This document shows positions 32,509-42,593 of a stretch of 64,000 nt of DNA, piece by piece (position 1 is the stretch's first letter; every line of letters begins with the position of its first letter). The DNA is taken from NCBI GenBank assembly GCA_045533905.1, contig JAZSIR010000020.1:1-64000 (forward strand), in the 5' to 3' direction. Made by a program: the position numbers and the translations under genes. The notes beneath the pieces were generated by a model. That model worked only from the letters and a program-made list of their open reading frames with translations. It made no database searches and was not told the DNA's origin. The DNA is from Clostridia bacterium. Lineage in GTDB: Bacteria; Bacillota; Clostridia; UMGS1883; UMGS1540.

Positions 32509-32539
32509 CAGTAAAAAGAACTCTGAAAGGACGGAAAAT

Positions 32540-33829
32540 ATGGAAATAATCCGCGAAGGAGCCCAAGGGGCTTATACAGAATATCTGCAACTTGCACTCA
32601 CGCGCTATGGTCTTCCGCTCGAATTTGACGGCGTGTTCGGAGAAGAAACACGGCGCGCTGTGCTGGCCTTCCAAAAGGCAAATGGACTTCTGCCGGATGG
32701 CATCGTAGGTCCTGCCACTTGGAATGCCCTGATGCCTTTTTTGAAAGGCTACGCGTATTACACCGTTAAAAGCGGCGATACCATCACCTCTATCTCACAA
32801 AAGTTCTATACAACTCCTGCACGCCTTCTTTTGGCAAATCCGAACGTTGCCGCCGAAAGGCTTTTGACGGGCGAGCGTCTTATTGTGCCTTACGGCTTCC
32901 CTCTTGTCCCTACGGATGTTACTTACACGTATTCTCTCGTAAAACTTTTAACAGAGGGTCTCCGTGCGCGGTTCCCTTTTATCTCCACAGGAACAATAGG
33001 CACAAGCGTTATGGGCAAGAATCTTTATCTTCTTACCCTGGGAGAAGGTGAAAAAGATGTATTCTATAACGCGGCGCATCACGCCAACGAGTGGATCACA
33101 ACCTCTCTCCTATTTCGCTTCCTTGAAGCATATGCCGAAGAAATCGCGAACGGCGGCTCCCTCTACGGGTATGATGCATCCCTTCTCTTTCGTTCTACGC
33201 GCCTTTTTGCGGTGCCGCTTGTAAACCCCGACGGCGTAGACCTCGTCAACGGCGTTCTTCCAAGGGATTCATCCTATTATACCACGGCGCAAGGGTATGC
33301 TGAAAACTATCCTGAAATTCCGTTTCCGAGCGGTTGGAAAGCAAATATTGAAGGTGTGGACACCAATCTTTCCTATCCTGCCGGTTGGGAAACAGCGCGA
33401 CAAATAAAATTTGCACAGGGATTCACCTCTCCCGCCCCGCGCGACTATGTGGGTTCTGCGCCTCTCGCTGCCCGGGAATCGGCAGCCGTATTTCAGTTTA
33501 CCAATGCACATAGCTTTCGACTTACGCTTTCCTACCACACACAGGGTGAAGTGATTTTCTGGCAATATCTGAATTACACGCCAGAGAACGCGCGCGAAAT
33601 CGGCGAAATGTTCTCCCGTGCCAGCGGATATGCGCTCGCGGATGTTCCATACGAAAGTAGTTTCGCAGGGTACAAGGACTGGTTTATCGAAGCATTCAAC
33701 CGCCCCGGCTATACAATAGAAGCGGGCAGCGGTCAAAACCCGCTGCCCATTCGACAGTTTCCATCTATATATGCCGATAATTTCGGCATTCTGGCACTCG
33801 GCCTCGGCCTTATCAGCGATATGCCGTAA
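32540..33829 (+). CDS. Gamma-D-glutamyl-meso-DAP peptidase-like (PG-binding + LysM + M14)
   Basis: DGVFG..T..AV..FQ...GL..DGIVG; LysM YTVKSGDT; HHANEW, NPDG, SYHTQG, GYTIE; start moved from 31820 to the ATG after GAAAGGA. Confidence 0.9.
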   Translation: MEIIREGAQGAYTEYLQLALTRYGLPLEFDGVFGEETRRAVLAFQKANGLLPDGIVGPATWNALMPFLKGYAYYTVKSGDTITSISQKFYTTPARLLLANPNVAAERLLTGERLIVPYGFPLVPTDVTYTYSLVKLLTEGLRARFPFISTGTIGTSVMGKNLYLLTLGEGEKDVFYNAAHHANEWITTSLLFRFLEAYAEEIANGGSLYGYDASLLFRSTRLFAVPLVNPDGVDLVNGVLPRDSSYYTTAQGYAENYPEIPFPSGWKANIEGVDTNLSYPAGWETARQIKFAQGFTSPAPRDYVGSAPLAARESAAVFQFTNAHSFRLTLSYHTQGEVIFWQYLNYTPENAREIGEMFSRASGYALADVPYESSFAGYKDWFIEAFNRPGYTIEAGSGQNPLPIRQFPSIYADNFGILALGLGLISDMP

Positions 33830-34799
33830 CACCAAGGAGTATGATATCCTTTGTCATTTCGCCGCCTTCGCTTGTGTCCGCCGTTGCATACTCTGTGGAG
33901 AGATATTTTTTATTGTCATCCGCAAACACGGTAACAACTGTTTTGGCACCCTTTTCGATCGCCCGGATGGCACCAAGGAAGTTCGCGCCTGAGGAAACGC
34001 CCACACCAAGGCCGAGCTTTTCCGAAAGCATACGTGCCATTAAAATAGAATCGCGGTCATCCACGGAAATAACATCCGAAAGTTCCGAAAGATGCACAAG
34101 ATCAGGGATGAACTCATCCGATATGCCGTAAATTTTATGCTGACCGACTTTGTAGCCGGTAGAAAGCGTGGGTGAATTTTGCGGTTCGAGCGGATGCACG
34201 CGGCATTCAGGATTCTTTTCACGAAGGCGCTTGCCGATACCCATAACAGTGCCGCCCGTACCTACGCCTGCAACAAATCCGTCTGCCACAAGACCAAGCT
34301 TCTCGAGCTGCTCTACTATTTCACGGCCGGTATAGAGATAATGTGCTTCGCTATTTTCAGGATTCGAGAACTGGCGCGGCAAATATACACCGTCCGACTC
34401 GCCATCCTTCTCTGCCTTGGCAATGGAACCTAAAAAGCCGCCTTCTTCGCGAGAAACTAGGCACACCTTTGCCCCGAAGCTTTCCATAATATGTATTCTC
34501 TCGCTTGTCATCCAGTCGGGCATATAAATCTTTACAGGATGCCCCAGTGTGCTTCCGACAGCGGCGAAAGAAATACCGGTATTTCCGCTTGTGGCTTCCA
34601 CAATGGTATCGCCTTCTTTAATTTCGCCGGCCTCATATGCGCGACGGATTACATGCTGGGCAACGCGGTCCTTTATGCTTCCGGTAGGATTATAAAACTC
34701 TGCTTTTGCAAAAACGCTGCCTGCGCGTCCTTTATACGTAAAATCAATTTTGATAAGCGGCGTATTTCCGACAAGTGCCGCAATATTTGTAAGTTCCAA
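33813..34799 (-). CDS. PLP-dependent cysteine synthase / cystathionine beta-synthase family protein
   Basis: GNTPL, NPTGSIKDR, EATSGNTG, GVGTGGT; TTG start after AGGAG, with a TTGACA-17-TATATT promoter upstream. Confidence 0.88.
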   Translation of the reverse strand: MELTNIAALVGNTPLIKIDFTYKGRAGSVFAKAEFYNPTGSIKDRVAQHVIRRAYEAGEIKEGDTIVEATSGNTGISFAAVGSTLGHPVKIYMPDWMTSERIHIMESFGAKVCLVSREEGGFLGSIAKAEKDGESDGVYLPRQFSNPENSEAHYLYTGREIVEQLEKLGLVADGFVAGVGTGGTVMGIGKRLREKNPECRVHPLEPQNSPTLSTGYKVGQHKIYGISDEFIPDLVHLSELSDVISVDDRDSILMARMLSEKLGLGVGVSSGANFLGAIRAIEKGAKTVVTVFADDNKKYLSTEYATADTSEGGEMTKDIILLGVTAYR

Positions 34800-35080
34800 A
34801 CTATCACTCCTAAAACATCGGTCTATATCATAATATACCAAAATGCCCCCTTTTGTCAATCATTTGAAGAGTAAAAATTTCAGAAAAAATCCAATTCCAC
34901 GCCCGAGGAAAAAGCGAAGCAGAAAGAGGATGATTTTATAAGGGCTTAAAAGAAGGCGAAAAGTAATGCTGTCCTTTATCACGCGGGAGGCAAGGGCAGC
35001 GCGAAGCCTGCTTCTTTTCCAGGCCGTTTGCAACCGAAAAAAATATACGGCTGTTTTACTTTTTGAAAATGCATATAATA

Positions 35081-35109
35081 AAATGTCCATACAAAAAGTA
35101 TGGACATTT
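35081..35109 (-). terminator. Terminator after the DAK2 gene
   Basis: aaatgtccatac...gtatggacattt hairpin. Confidence 0.7.
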
Positions 35110-35118
35110 CTTATAAAA

Positions 35119-36720
35119 CTATTCTACAGACACGATATATCTGTACACAGGCTGCCCGCCGTAAAGGAGTGTAACTTCGGCATCCGGAAAAGCTTCCGAG
35201 AGGAACGTTTCCAGTTTTCCCGCCTCTTCATCGCTGACACCTTCACCGTATAAAATGGTGATTGCATACGTTTCTTCGGAGCAAAGTGTACGGAAAACCG
35301 TTTCCATAACTTCGCTCTCAGAGGCACCGGCCGCTACGATTTTGCCATTCGCAAGACCGAGGAAATCATCCTTCTGAACCGCTATACCGTCAACTTCCGT
35401 GTCGCGTACGGCATATGTCAGAAGACCGGTCCCCACAAGCGCAGCCGCATCGGCCATCGTGTCGGCATTGGAATCCGATTCTGCATCAAATGCCATCAGT
35501 GCCGCAATGCCTTGCGGAATTGTCTTGGTTTTGATAACAGAAACATCTTTCTCGGTCATATCTGCCGCCTGTTCCGCCGTCAAGACGATATTGCTGTTAT
35601 TCGGGAGAACAAATATTTTTTCGGCACGAAGCTCCTCAATGGCCGCCAAAAGATCCTCAGCACTCGGATTCATAGTTTGTCCGCCGCTTACAATGCTGTC
35701 TGCGCCCATATCCTGCATAAGCGCACAGATGCCTTCCCCTGCGGCAACAGAAATAATGCCGTATTTTTTAAGCGGTGCACTATTAAATTTCTCCATCTGC
35801 TCTTCCTGCTGCTCTCGGAGATTATCTATCTTGATGTCCACAAGGCTGCCGTAAGAAAGCGCACGTTCCAGAACCCATCCGGGATGGTCAGTATGTATAT
35901 GCACCTTTATAATGTCCGTGTCGTCAATTGTTAAAACGCTGTCGCCCCGCGGTGCAATTTCTTTCTTGAAATTTTCGCCCTGCAGACCCAGAACTTTCTT
36001 TTTGATGATAAATTCCGTGCAGTAGCCAAAAGTGATGGTATCTTCAATTTTACCGGCCGTAGCCGTTTTGGGTACGGTCACTTCCCCTTCCTGTCTTTCC
36101 ACGGGCGAACCGTTTCGAATTGCAAGAAGCATCCCCTCGAAAATAACCATAAGACCCTTGCCGCCTGCATCCACAACACCTGCACTTTTCAGAACGGGCA
36201 GAAGATTCGGTGTATCAGCAAGCGCTTCGTTTCCGCTTCGCACAATTGCCTCAAAAAGTGTTTCGATATTTTCATCCTCATCCAGGCTTTCCATTGTTTC
36301 CGCAATGCGGCGGATAACAGTGAGGATTGTGCCTTCTGTCGGCTTCATAACGGCGCGATATGCCGTTTTGGAAGCTGCGGAAAGTGCCATAATGAAATCT
36401 TCAGCGGTCACAACTTCCAAAGAAGACAAAGCGGAAGCAAGCCCGCGCATAATCTGAGAAAGAATAACGCCGGAATTTCCGCGCGCGCCGCGAAGTGTGG
36501 CGGAAGCCACTGTGGAGACGACCTGCCCTGCCGTTTCGCTTTTTTGCGAAAGAAGCGCTTTTTCAGCCGCAAGCATTGTCATACCCATATTCGTTCCCGT
36601 GTCTCCGTCCGGAACCGGGAATACATTTAAGTCGTTTACAGCCTGTTTCATATTATCCAGGTGATGAGCCGCGGAAATAAACAGGTTCTGCATTATGTCA
36701 ACAGTAATTTCGCGCATCAA
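35119..36720 (-). CDS. DAK2-domain fatty acid kinase subunit A (YloV/FakA)
   Basis: LNVFPVPDGDTGTNM, GARGNSG, VVDAGG, YCTEF, KVHIH, GGQTMNPS. Confidence 0.93.
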   Translation of the reverse strand: MMREITVDIMQNLFISAAHHLDNMKQAVNDLNVFPVPDGDTGTNMGMTMLAAEKALLSQKSETAGQVVSTVASATLRGARGNSGVILSQIMRGLASALSSLEVVTAEDFIMALSAASKTAYRAVMKPTEGTILTVIRRIAETMESLDEDENIETLFEAIVRSGNEALADTPNLLPVLKSAGVVDAGGKGLMVIFEGMLLAIRNGSPVERQEGEVTVPKTATAGKIEDTITFGYCTEFIIKKKVLGLQGENFKKEIAPRGDSVLTIDDTDIIKVHIHTDHPGWVLERALSYGSLVDIKIDNLREQQEEQMEKFNSAPLKKYGIISVAAGEGICALMQDMGADSIVSGGQTMNPSAEDLLAAIEELRAEKIFVLPNNSNIVLTAEQAADMTEKDVSVIKTKTIPQGIAALMAFDAESDSNADTMADAAALVGTGLLTYAVRDTEVDGIAVQKDDFLGLANGKIVAAGASESEVMETVFRTLCSEETYAITILYGEGVSDEEAGKLETFLSEAFPDAEVTLLYGGQPVYRYIVSVE

Positions 36721-36735
36721 ATGTCATCCCTCCGT

Positions 36736-37098
36736 TTATTTCACGCCTTTCGCGCGGATGCTTTCTACATGCACCGTCACCTCACGGATCGCAAGGCCCG
36801 TATTTTCTTCCATCTGATATTTCACGTGCTTTACGATGCTTTCGGAAACTGCGCCTATATTCACACCGTATTCCACCATAATATGCAGCGAGATGCAGAT
36901 TTCGCCCTCTTCCATACGAACGGTAATGCCTTTTCCCATTTTATCGCGCTTCAAAAGAGAAACGAGACCGTCACGACGGCTTCTGTAAACCATTCCTACA
37001 ACGCCGTAGCACTTGGTGGCAATATTGCCTGCCATCTTGGCAAGTGCATTTTCGTCCACATATACAGTGCCGAGATCTGTTTGCATAATGTTTATCAT
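36736..37098 (-). CDS. Asp23/Gls24 family protein (YloU)
   Basis: CYGVVGM, VEYGVNI..V; canonical position upstream of yloV. Confidence 0.92.
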   Translation of the reverse strand: MINIMQTDLGTVYVDENALAKMAGNIATKCYGVVGMVYRSRRDGLVSLLKRDKMGKGITVRMEEGEICISLHIMVEYGVNIGAVSESIVKHVKYQMEENTGLAIREVTVHVESIRAKGVK

Positions 37099-37113
37099 AA
37101 GAACACTCCTTTA

Positions 37114-39054
37114 TTAAAGTTCTATTCTTTGCATATCCTTTATTTCCCGTGTACGGCAGGAAAACCAGAAAACTTGTCTTTCTTTTGCGATCTCCCGCAA
37201 AAGAGAAAGTGCATTTTCTTCTCTCTTTGCATCGTACTGCAGAAATGAATCATCTAAAAAGACCGGCATTTCGGGATCTGCTAGAACGAGTTCCGAAAGC
37301 GCAAGGCGTACTGCCAAAAAGGCCTGATCCATCGTGCCGCCCGAAAACGCCCAAAGGGGCTTATGCTCGCCTCTTCCCATTGTAACGGCATATTTTTTAT
37401 CCAGAAGAAGGGATTCTTCCTGCCCCGTCAGCTTCTTCAAATATTCGGACGCCGCCGCACAGATTCGCGGGGTGAAATTGTGGCTGAGCTCCGTAAACAC
37501 TTCCTCCAGCGTCTTTTCCGCAAGGCAAAGAGCCGTGTATGTTTTTTCCGCTTCTGCCAGTTCCTCCAGAAGCCGTGATTTTTCCGAGAGGAGAACATCC
37601 ACTGTATTTTTATCATACACGCCGCCTCCAAGTATGCCTTCAAGCGTTGCGGCTCTTCGTATTTTTTCCGCAAGCAGCGCATCTATGCGCGCCTTTTCCG
37701 CTTCCGCGGCCGAAATGTCCCGTTCCTCGGGCGTGATTTCCGAAAAAGCAGCCTTTGCCTCTTCTGCCTTCCTGACGGCCTCCTTCGCCCTTTCAGCTTC
37801 ACTCTCAAGCAGTATACGTTTTTCCCGAAGTGCTTCCGCGCGCGTATCGAGCGAAAGTTTCTCAGCCATTTTATCCGTGTATTCTTTGATGGAAGCACAC
37901 CCGTATGCAGCAAGCGCTGCGCGCCGCGCTTCTTCTTTATTCTCAATCGCCGAAATAGCCGCGATACACTCTTTTCTTTTGATGGCTATATGAATACCAA
38001 AAGCCAAAAGCAGGATAGCCGCCAAAAGCGTTACGATTCCAAAACTGCGCAGGCGGGTAAAAGCTAAAATAACCGACAAAATGGCACTCACAGTTCCAAC
38101 TGTCCAATATAAAGCGCCTGTTTTCTTTGCCTTCTGTACCTTCCCGTGCAGTTCTTCCGTGCTTTCGATGGGAGCGTAAACCGTCTCCTCTATCGGTGTA
38201 TCGAATGCAGATAAAGCTTCTTTCTTATTATTTACTTCCGACAAGAGCGCTTCTGTTTCCTCAGCACCCTCTCGCATAGCCAGAAATCTCTTGTTTGCTT
38301 CCTTCAGCGTCGCTTCTGCCCAAAAGGCTTTGGCAGATAAAACAGCAGCTTCGGCAATGCTTTTTTGATTTTCAAGGCTTTCTATTGCCGCTTTAGTTTC
38401 TTTTTCCTCTGCAAGATAGGTAGCAAATTCGCGGTTTCTGGACTCTGCCTCCAAAACCTCGCTTTCCACTTGCGAAAGTTCCTTCTTGATTTCATAAATA
38501 CGGCCGCCTTCGCCGCGCTGATGCTTATAGATACGGATGGAATCCTTAAGGAACGCCTTCGCCTCATCATACCCCGTATCCGCATCGCCGGTTCCCGCAA
38601 GATTCAGAAGCTTATCCGTGAGTTCTTCATCGCCACCATCAAGATTTGAAGAGAGCTGTTTCACAAAAACCGTCTTCAAAAACGCGCTTTCACCAACACC
38701 GATTTCTGCCGCAAGGTTCACCTCCACCGGGGCCCCCGTTACAGCATCCAGTATCGACAAAGTATCCTGTGCCGGTGTCCGCCCTACAGCGCGGGCAATA
38801 ATAACACGTCTTCCATCTCGAAGCGAAACTGTCATTTCGCCCGACATACGCGTGCCGTCCCACGGGGCATAGCGTTTTCTATCCCCTTCGGCGCCTCTGC
38901 CGGAAAAGCCATAGAGCATCGCCTTGATAAAAGCCATCACTGTAGATTTTCCCGCTTCGTTCTCACCGTATATGTAGTTTATCCCCTCCGAAAAGGAGAT
39001 TTTTTTGTCTTTGAATTTCCCAAATGCCGTGAGGTGCAGTTCATGTATTTTCAT
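37114..39054 (-). CDS. Rad50/SbcC-like (YhaN-type) coiled-coil ATPase
   Basis: Walker A GENEAGKST, FSGGT.DQ signature, Walker B VFLDD; central hydrophobic hairpin. Confidence 0.88.
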   Translation of the reverse strand: MKIHELHLTAFGKFKDKKISFSEGINYIYGENEAGKSTVMAFIKAMLYGFSGRGAEGDRKRYAPWDGTRMSGEMTVSLRDGRRVIIARAVGRTPAQDTLSILDAVTGAPVEVNLAAEIGVGESAFLKTVFVKQLSSNLDGGDEELTDKLLNLAGTGDADTGYDEAKAFLKDSIRIYKHQRGEGGRIYEIKKELSQVESEVLEAESRNREFATYLAEEKETKAAIESLENQKSIAEAAVLSAKAFWAEATLKEANKRFLAMREGAEETEALLSEVNNKKEALSAFDTPIEETVYAPIESTEELHGKVQKAKKTGALYWTVGTVSAILSVILAFTRLRSFGIVTLLAAILLLAFGIHIAIKRKECIAAISAIENKEEARRAALAAYGCASIKEYTDKMAEKLSLDTRAEALREKRILLESEAERAKEAVRKAEEAKAAFSEITPEERDISAAEAEKARIDALLAEKIRRAATLEGILGGGVYDKNTVDVLLSEKSRLLEELAEAEKTYTALCLAEKTLEEVFTELSHNFTPRICAAASEYLKKLTGQEESLLLDKKYAVTMGRGEHKPLWAFSGGTMDQAFLAVRLALSELVLADPEMPVFLDDSFLQYDAKREENALSLLREIAKERQVFWFSCRTREIKDMQRIEL

Positions 39055-40103
39055 CTTTTCTGCCTCCCCAAAGCCTCAAGCCCAAACCGAAGCGCAAGCT
39101 TTGCAATTTCATCCTCTTCTCCGGAAAGTCTCTCAGCGAAGCGCTTTGCAAGCATATTTTCTTCTGCGGTCTCTTTTCCGATTTCCGTCTGATCCTTGAT
39201 TTTTATATACAAGCAGTCCCCCGAAAGTTCTTTTTCCAAAAATGCTTTATCAATAAGCATTGTATTTCGAAGTTCGCCCGTAAGAACAATTTTATATAAA
39301 TTCTCGCGCGAAAGCTGGCTTCTTATTTTTTCCAGAAGCGCACCTATGCCCGTAACATCCTCCACGGACACAGAAAGTGTAAGATTTTTGCGCTTCGCCA
39401 CCGGAACAAAACGGAGATTTACATTTTTCCCTTCGATTTCGCCACAGATATAGCCGCCGTCGGGCTCGTCAAAATGCCGTCCTTCCGGAATGCCGGGATA
39501 TGCATAGACAGTTTCCCCCGCGCGGCAAAAGCCGGAAAAGGCGTGCACGTGCCCAAGCGCCGCGTAACTGACGCCCGTTTCTGCGAGAAGCCCCGGAGAA
39601 ATAGGGTTATATTCGCTTTCGGAGGCAACATCGCCGTGCATCAGAAGTATCCCTGTTTTCTCACCGCTGTGCATACGAAAAGGAGGTAAGGCACTTTCTT
39701 TCAGAAACCGCGACCCAAAGCCTAGGCCGTAGATCACCGCTTCGCCCACCTCTATCGATTCCTGTTGCGCACCGAAAATACGAACATTTTCTCCGAAATC
39801 CGTATTTGTATAGGGAGAATCTGCCGCCAGAAAATCATGATTTCCGGGCGCAATGCAAACAGCCGTTTCCGGGATGGAAGAAAACCCTTCCTTTAGAAAC
39901 GAAACGGTTTCCTGGGAGACATAACGGGAATCGAAAACATCGCCGGCTAGCAAAAGAACATCCGCTTTTGTTTCCCTAACCGCTTCCAGAATCTTACGAA
40001 AAGTTTCTCTTTGCTCTTCCTTTCGGATTTGTGCAACAGAAGCCGGAAGGGCCGAAAATGGCGAATCGAAATGCATGTCACCCGTATGTACAATGCGTAC
40101 CAT
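39051..40103 (-). CDS. Mre11/SbcD-like (YhaO-type) metallophosphoesterase nuclease
   Basis: GDMH, AGDVFD, PGNHD, MHG, LGHVH, YPGIPEGR. Confidence 0.9.
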   Translation of the reverse strand: MVRIVHTGDMHFDSPFSALPASVAQIRKEEQRETFRKILEAVRETKADVLLLAGDVFDSRYVSQETVSFLKEGFSSIPETAVCIAPGNHDFLAADSPYTNTDFGENVRIFGAQQESIEVGEAVIYGLGFGSRFLKESALPPFRMHSGEKTGILLMHGDVASESEYNPISPGLLAETGVSYAALGHVHAFSGFCRAGETVYAYPGIPEGRHFDEPDGGYICGEIEGKNVNLRFVPVAKRKNLTLSVSVEDVTGIGALLEKIRSQLSRENLYKIVLTGELRNTMLIDKAFLEKELSGDCLYIKIKDQTEIGKETAEENMLAKRFAERLSGEEDEIAKLALRFGLEALGRQKR

Positions 40104-40188
40104 CCGTTTTCTCCTTATATAAAAAGATTGCAGCTATTTACCTTTTTATAAAAAGATAAAGTACGGCTGCAACCCCTTTTTGTGCGGT

Positions 40189-40395
40189 TTATTTTTCGTC
40201 CATATTGAACTTCTTTCTGAATTTTTCCACACGACCGCCCGTATCTACGAGCTTCTGCTTGCCAGTGAAAAACGGATGACAATTGGAGCAAATTTCAACC
40301 GTGATATTTTCCTCTGTGGAACCCGTTTCGATCACGTTACCGCAAGCGCACTTTATTGTAGTGGGTTTATATGCAGGATGAATTCCTTCACGCAT
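40189..40395 (-). CDS. rpmE: 50S ribosomal protein L31 (Zn-binding type)
   Basis: [13 protein letters not shown]...[20 protein letters not shown]. Confidence 0.97.
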   Translation of the reverse strand: MREGIHPAYKPTTIKCACGNVIETGSTEENITVEICSNCHPFFTGKQKLVDTGGRVEKFRKKFNMDEK

Positions 40396-40469
40396 ACTGT
40401 TCACCTCTTTCCATCCAGTAGTATCGTAGCCTATTATAACACACTTTTGGTTATAATGCAACTGTTTTT

Positions 40470-41417
40470 TTAATTTTTTTCCTGTGCTTCCATAAATGCC
40501 ACGATTTCCTCATAGGAGCGGATACCGGTTGTAGCACCCATTGCCTGCACGCAGTGTGCGCCAACAGCATTTGCAAATCTGCCACATTCTGTGAAAGAAA
40601 GGCCTTTTGCCATACCGGAAAGGAAGCCTGCACAGAAACTGTCGCCTGCACCCGTGGTATCAATAGCCTTTACTTTATAGCAAGGAACCACAACGCCTTC
40701 CGAATCCTTCGTTTCGCGGAGATAGCAGCCGCGGCTGCCAAGTTTAATAACAACCTGTTTGACGCCTAGGCTAAAGAAGTAATCTGCGATTTTTACAGGA
40801 TCCTGCTCGCCGCCTGCAAGTTCAATGGCTTCATCAATACTCGGCATAAATACATCGATGTACGGCATGCAGGGACGAAGCACGTCCATCCAACGACCAC
40901 GGCTATCCCAAGCTGTATCAAGCACTGTAACCTTGCCCATTTCTTTACACTTTTTCAAAACGCGTGCGCAGTCTTCACCATCAAACGCATCCATAAGCAT
41001 AGTACCGGCTACAAACACGATGCGGGAGTCTTCAATAACATCCCAGTTCACATCCTCATAGCAGAATGTGCCGTTTGCGCCTACCGTGTGCAGGAAGCTT
41101 CTTTCGCCGCTTGAAGCAGAAATAACAACAGAAGCGGACGTCTGGATTTTGTCGTCTGTAGCAACGCCCTTCGTTTCTACGCCGTATTTTTCGAGTTCCT
41201 CGCGAAGAAAACTACCAAAGCTATCGTTGCCTGTTTTGCCGAGAACAGCAGTCTTGAGGCCGATTTTGGCCATATCAATACCGGCACTCATTGCGCAGCC
41301 ACCGCTGTAAATGGCAATGCTGTCGATACGCTCCAAAAGACCGGGCTTCGGAATCGAATCTACCGGTTTTGCAATGACATCTGCTACTAAAATACCAATA
41401 CATGTTACATCAATCAC
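40470..41417 (-). CDS. PfkB-family carbohydrate kinase
   Basis: [16 protein letters not shown]. Confidence 0.92.
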   Translation of the reverse strand: MIDVTCIGILVADVIAKPVDSIPKPGLLERIDSIAIYSGGCAMSAGIDMAKIGLKTAVLGKTGNDSFGSFLREELEKYGVETKGVATDDKIQTSASVVISASSGERSFLHTVGANGTFCYEDVNWDVIEDSRIVFVAGTMLMDAFDGEDCARVLKKCKEMGKVTVLDTAWDSRGRWMDVLRPCMPYIDVFMPSIDEAIELAGGEQDPVKIADYFFSLGVKQVVIKLGSRGCYLRETKDSEGVVVPCYKVKAIDTTGAGDSFCAGFLSGMAKGLSFTECGRFANAVGAHCVQAMGATTGIRSYEEIVAFMEAQEKN

Positions 41418-41428
41418 GGGAAATCCTC

Positions 41429-41644
41429 CTATTCAATTGAATAATCCTCGTTTTCGTATTTGGAAAAGTCCATATTCCGGGCTCTTCGCACCTGTAATCT
41501 GAATGGGTCGAATTCAAATTTCGGGCAAGTGAAATCACGGGAAACAATTCCTTCAAAAGGGCACATCGTTTTTCGTTCAATTGGGATATATGCACCTTTT
41601 TTGCAATATTGACAGCACATATACTCACGCATCGTTTCAATCAA
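41429..41644 (-). CDS. Small Cys-rich hypothetical protein
   Basis: CCQYC...CPFEG...CPKF.FDP; in-operon position with a GAGG RBS. Confidence 0.65.
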   Translation of the reverse strand: MIETMREYMCCQYCKKGAYIPIERKTMCPFEGIVSRDFTCPKFEFDPFRLQVRRARNMDFSKYENEDYSIE

Positions 41645-41657
41645 TTTTCGTTTCCTC

Positions 41658-42593
41658 TCATTCCAATGCTTCTACCGTTACTTTTTCAAAATCCTGACAC
41701 AGACTTTCAAATTCAGGTATATCCGTTCCTTCGGTCTGAATTTTTGCAGTGGCAAAGGCCATTGCATAGCGAAGTGCTACGGTAATATCCTCCGATACGG
41801 TCTGCCCGTAAAGGTACCCGCACAAAAAGCTATCGCCCGCGCCGACCGTGCTGCGGACCGCGGCGTTCAAGGGATATACTCGGTAAAGTTTTCCTGCCTT
41901 TGCCGCCACAGCGCCGTTACCCCCGAGGCTTACGAGAACCGTTTCCACGCCCCTCGCCTCGATTTCCTTTGCGGCGCTTGCCACATCTGCAATCGTTTTC
42001 AGCTTTGTGCCCATAAGCCTTTCGAGCTCTGCCTGATTCGGCTTTATGATGTGCGGCGCGGCTTCCACGCCAAGACGAAGTGCCTCGCCGTCAGCATCAA
42101 GTGCCGCGACTGCGCCTTTTTCCTTTACAATTGCGATCAGTCTCTTATAAATATCATCCCCAAGGCTCGGATGAAAACTGCCGCCCATATACACCACATC
42201 ACTTTGTGCAGCCATATCCCCGACCTTTGCAAAAAAAGTGGAAAGGTCAGCCTCGGAAACTGCAGGGCCGCTTTCATTGATATCCGTATATGTCTGATTC
42301 TCCGTATCTATAATCTTGATATTGATACGGGTTTCTCCCTCTGTGTATACAAAATCCGTGCTCACACCGGCATCTTTGAGATACTTCCCGATCATCTGCC
42401 CGTTATAGCCACTGAGAAAGCCGCCTGCAATGCAGGAGATACCGGTTTTTGCGGCAGTGGCCGCCACATTTACGCCTTTACCGCCCATATTGACTTTGAT
42501 TCTTTCAACGCGGTTTACGCCATCTACCAAAAGGTTTCGAACGTAATACGTTTTATCAATCGCCGGATTTAAGGTGATTGTAGAAAGTACCAT
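41658..42593 (-). CDS. 1-phosphofructokinase family hexose kinase
   Basis: TLNPAID, GGKGVNV, IKPN..EL, STVGAGDS. Confidence 0.92.
   Translation of the reverse strand: MVLSTITLNPAIDKTYYVRNLLVDGVNRVERIKVNMGGKGVNVAATAAKTGISCIAGGFLSGYNGQMIGKYLKDAGVSTDFVYTEGETRINIKIIDTENQTYTDINESGPAVSEADLSTFFAKVGDMAAQSDVVYMGGSFHPSLGDDIYKRLIAIVKEKGAVAALDADGEALRLGVEAAPHIIKPNQAELERLMGTKLKTIADVASAAKEIEARGVETVLVSLGGNGAVAAKAGKLYRVYPLNAAVRSTVGAGDSFLCGYLYGQTVSEDITVALRYAMAFATAKIQTEGTDIPEFESLCQDFEKVTVEALE

Noticed and set aside
31820-32539. 240-aa N-terminal extension of the M14 peptidase in the ORF track
   Set aside because: It overlaps luxS on the opposite strand. The RBS, promoter-like sequence and domain start all point to the ATG at 32540.
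34860-35080. Possible T-box or SAM riboswitch upstream of the cysteine synthase family gene
   Set aside because: No T-box or S-box consensus is visible, and a consensus promoter lies immediately before the gene, downstream of this stretch.
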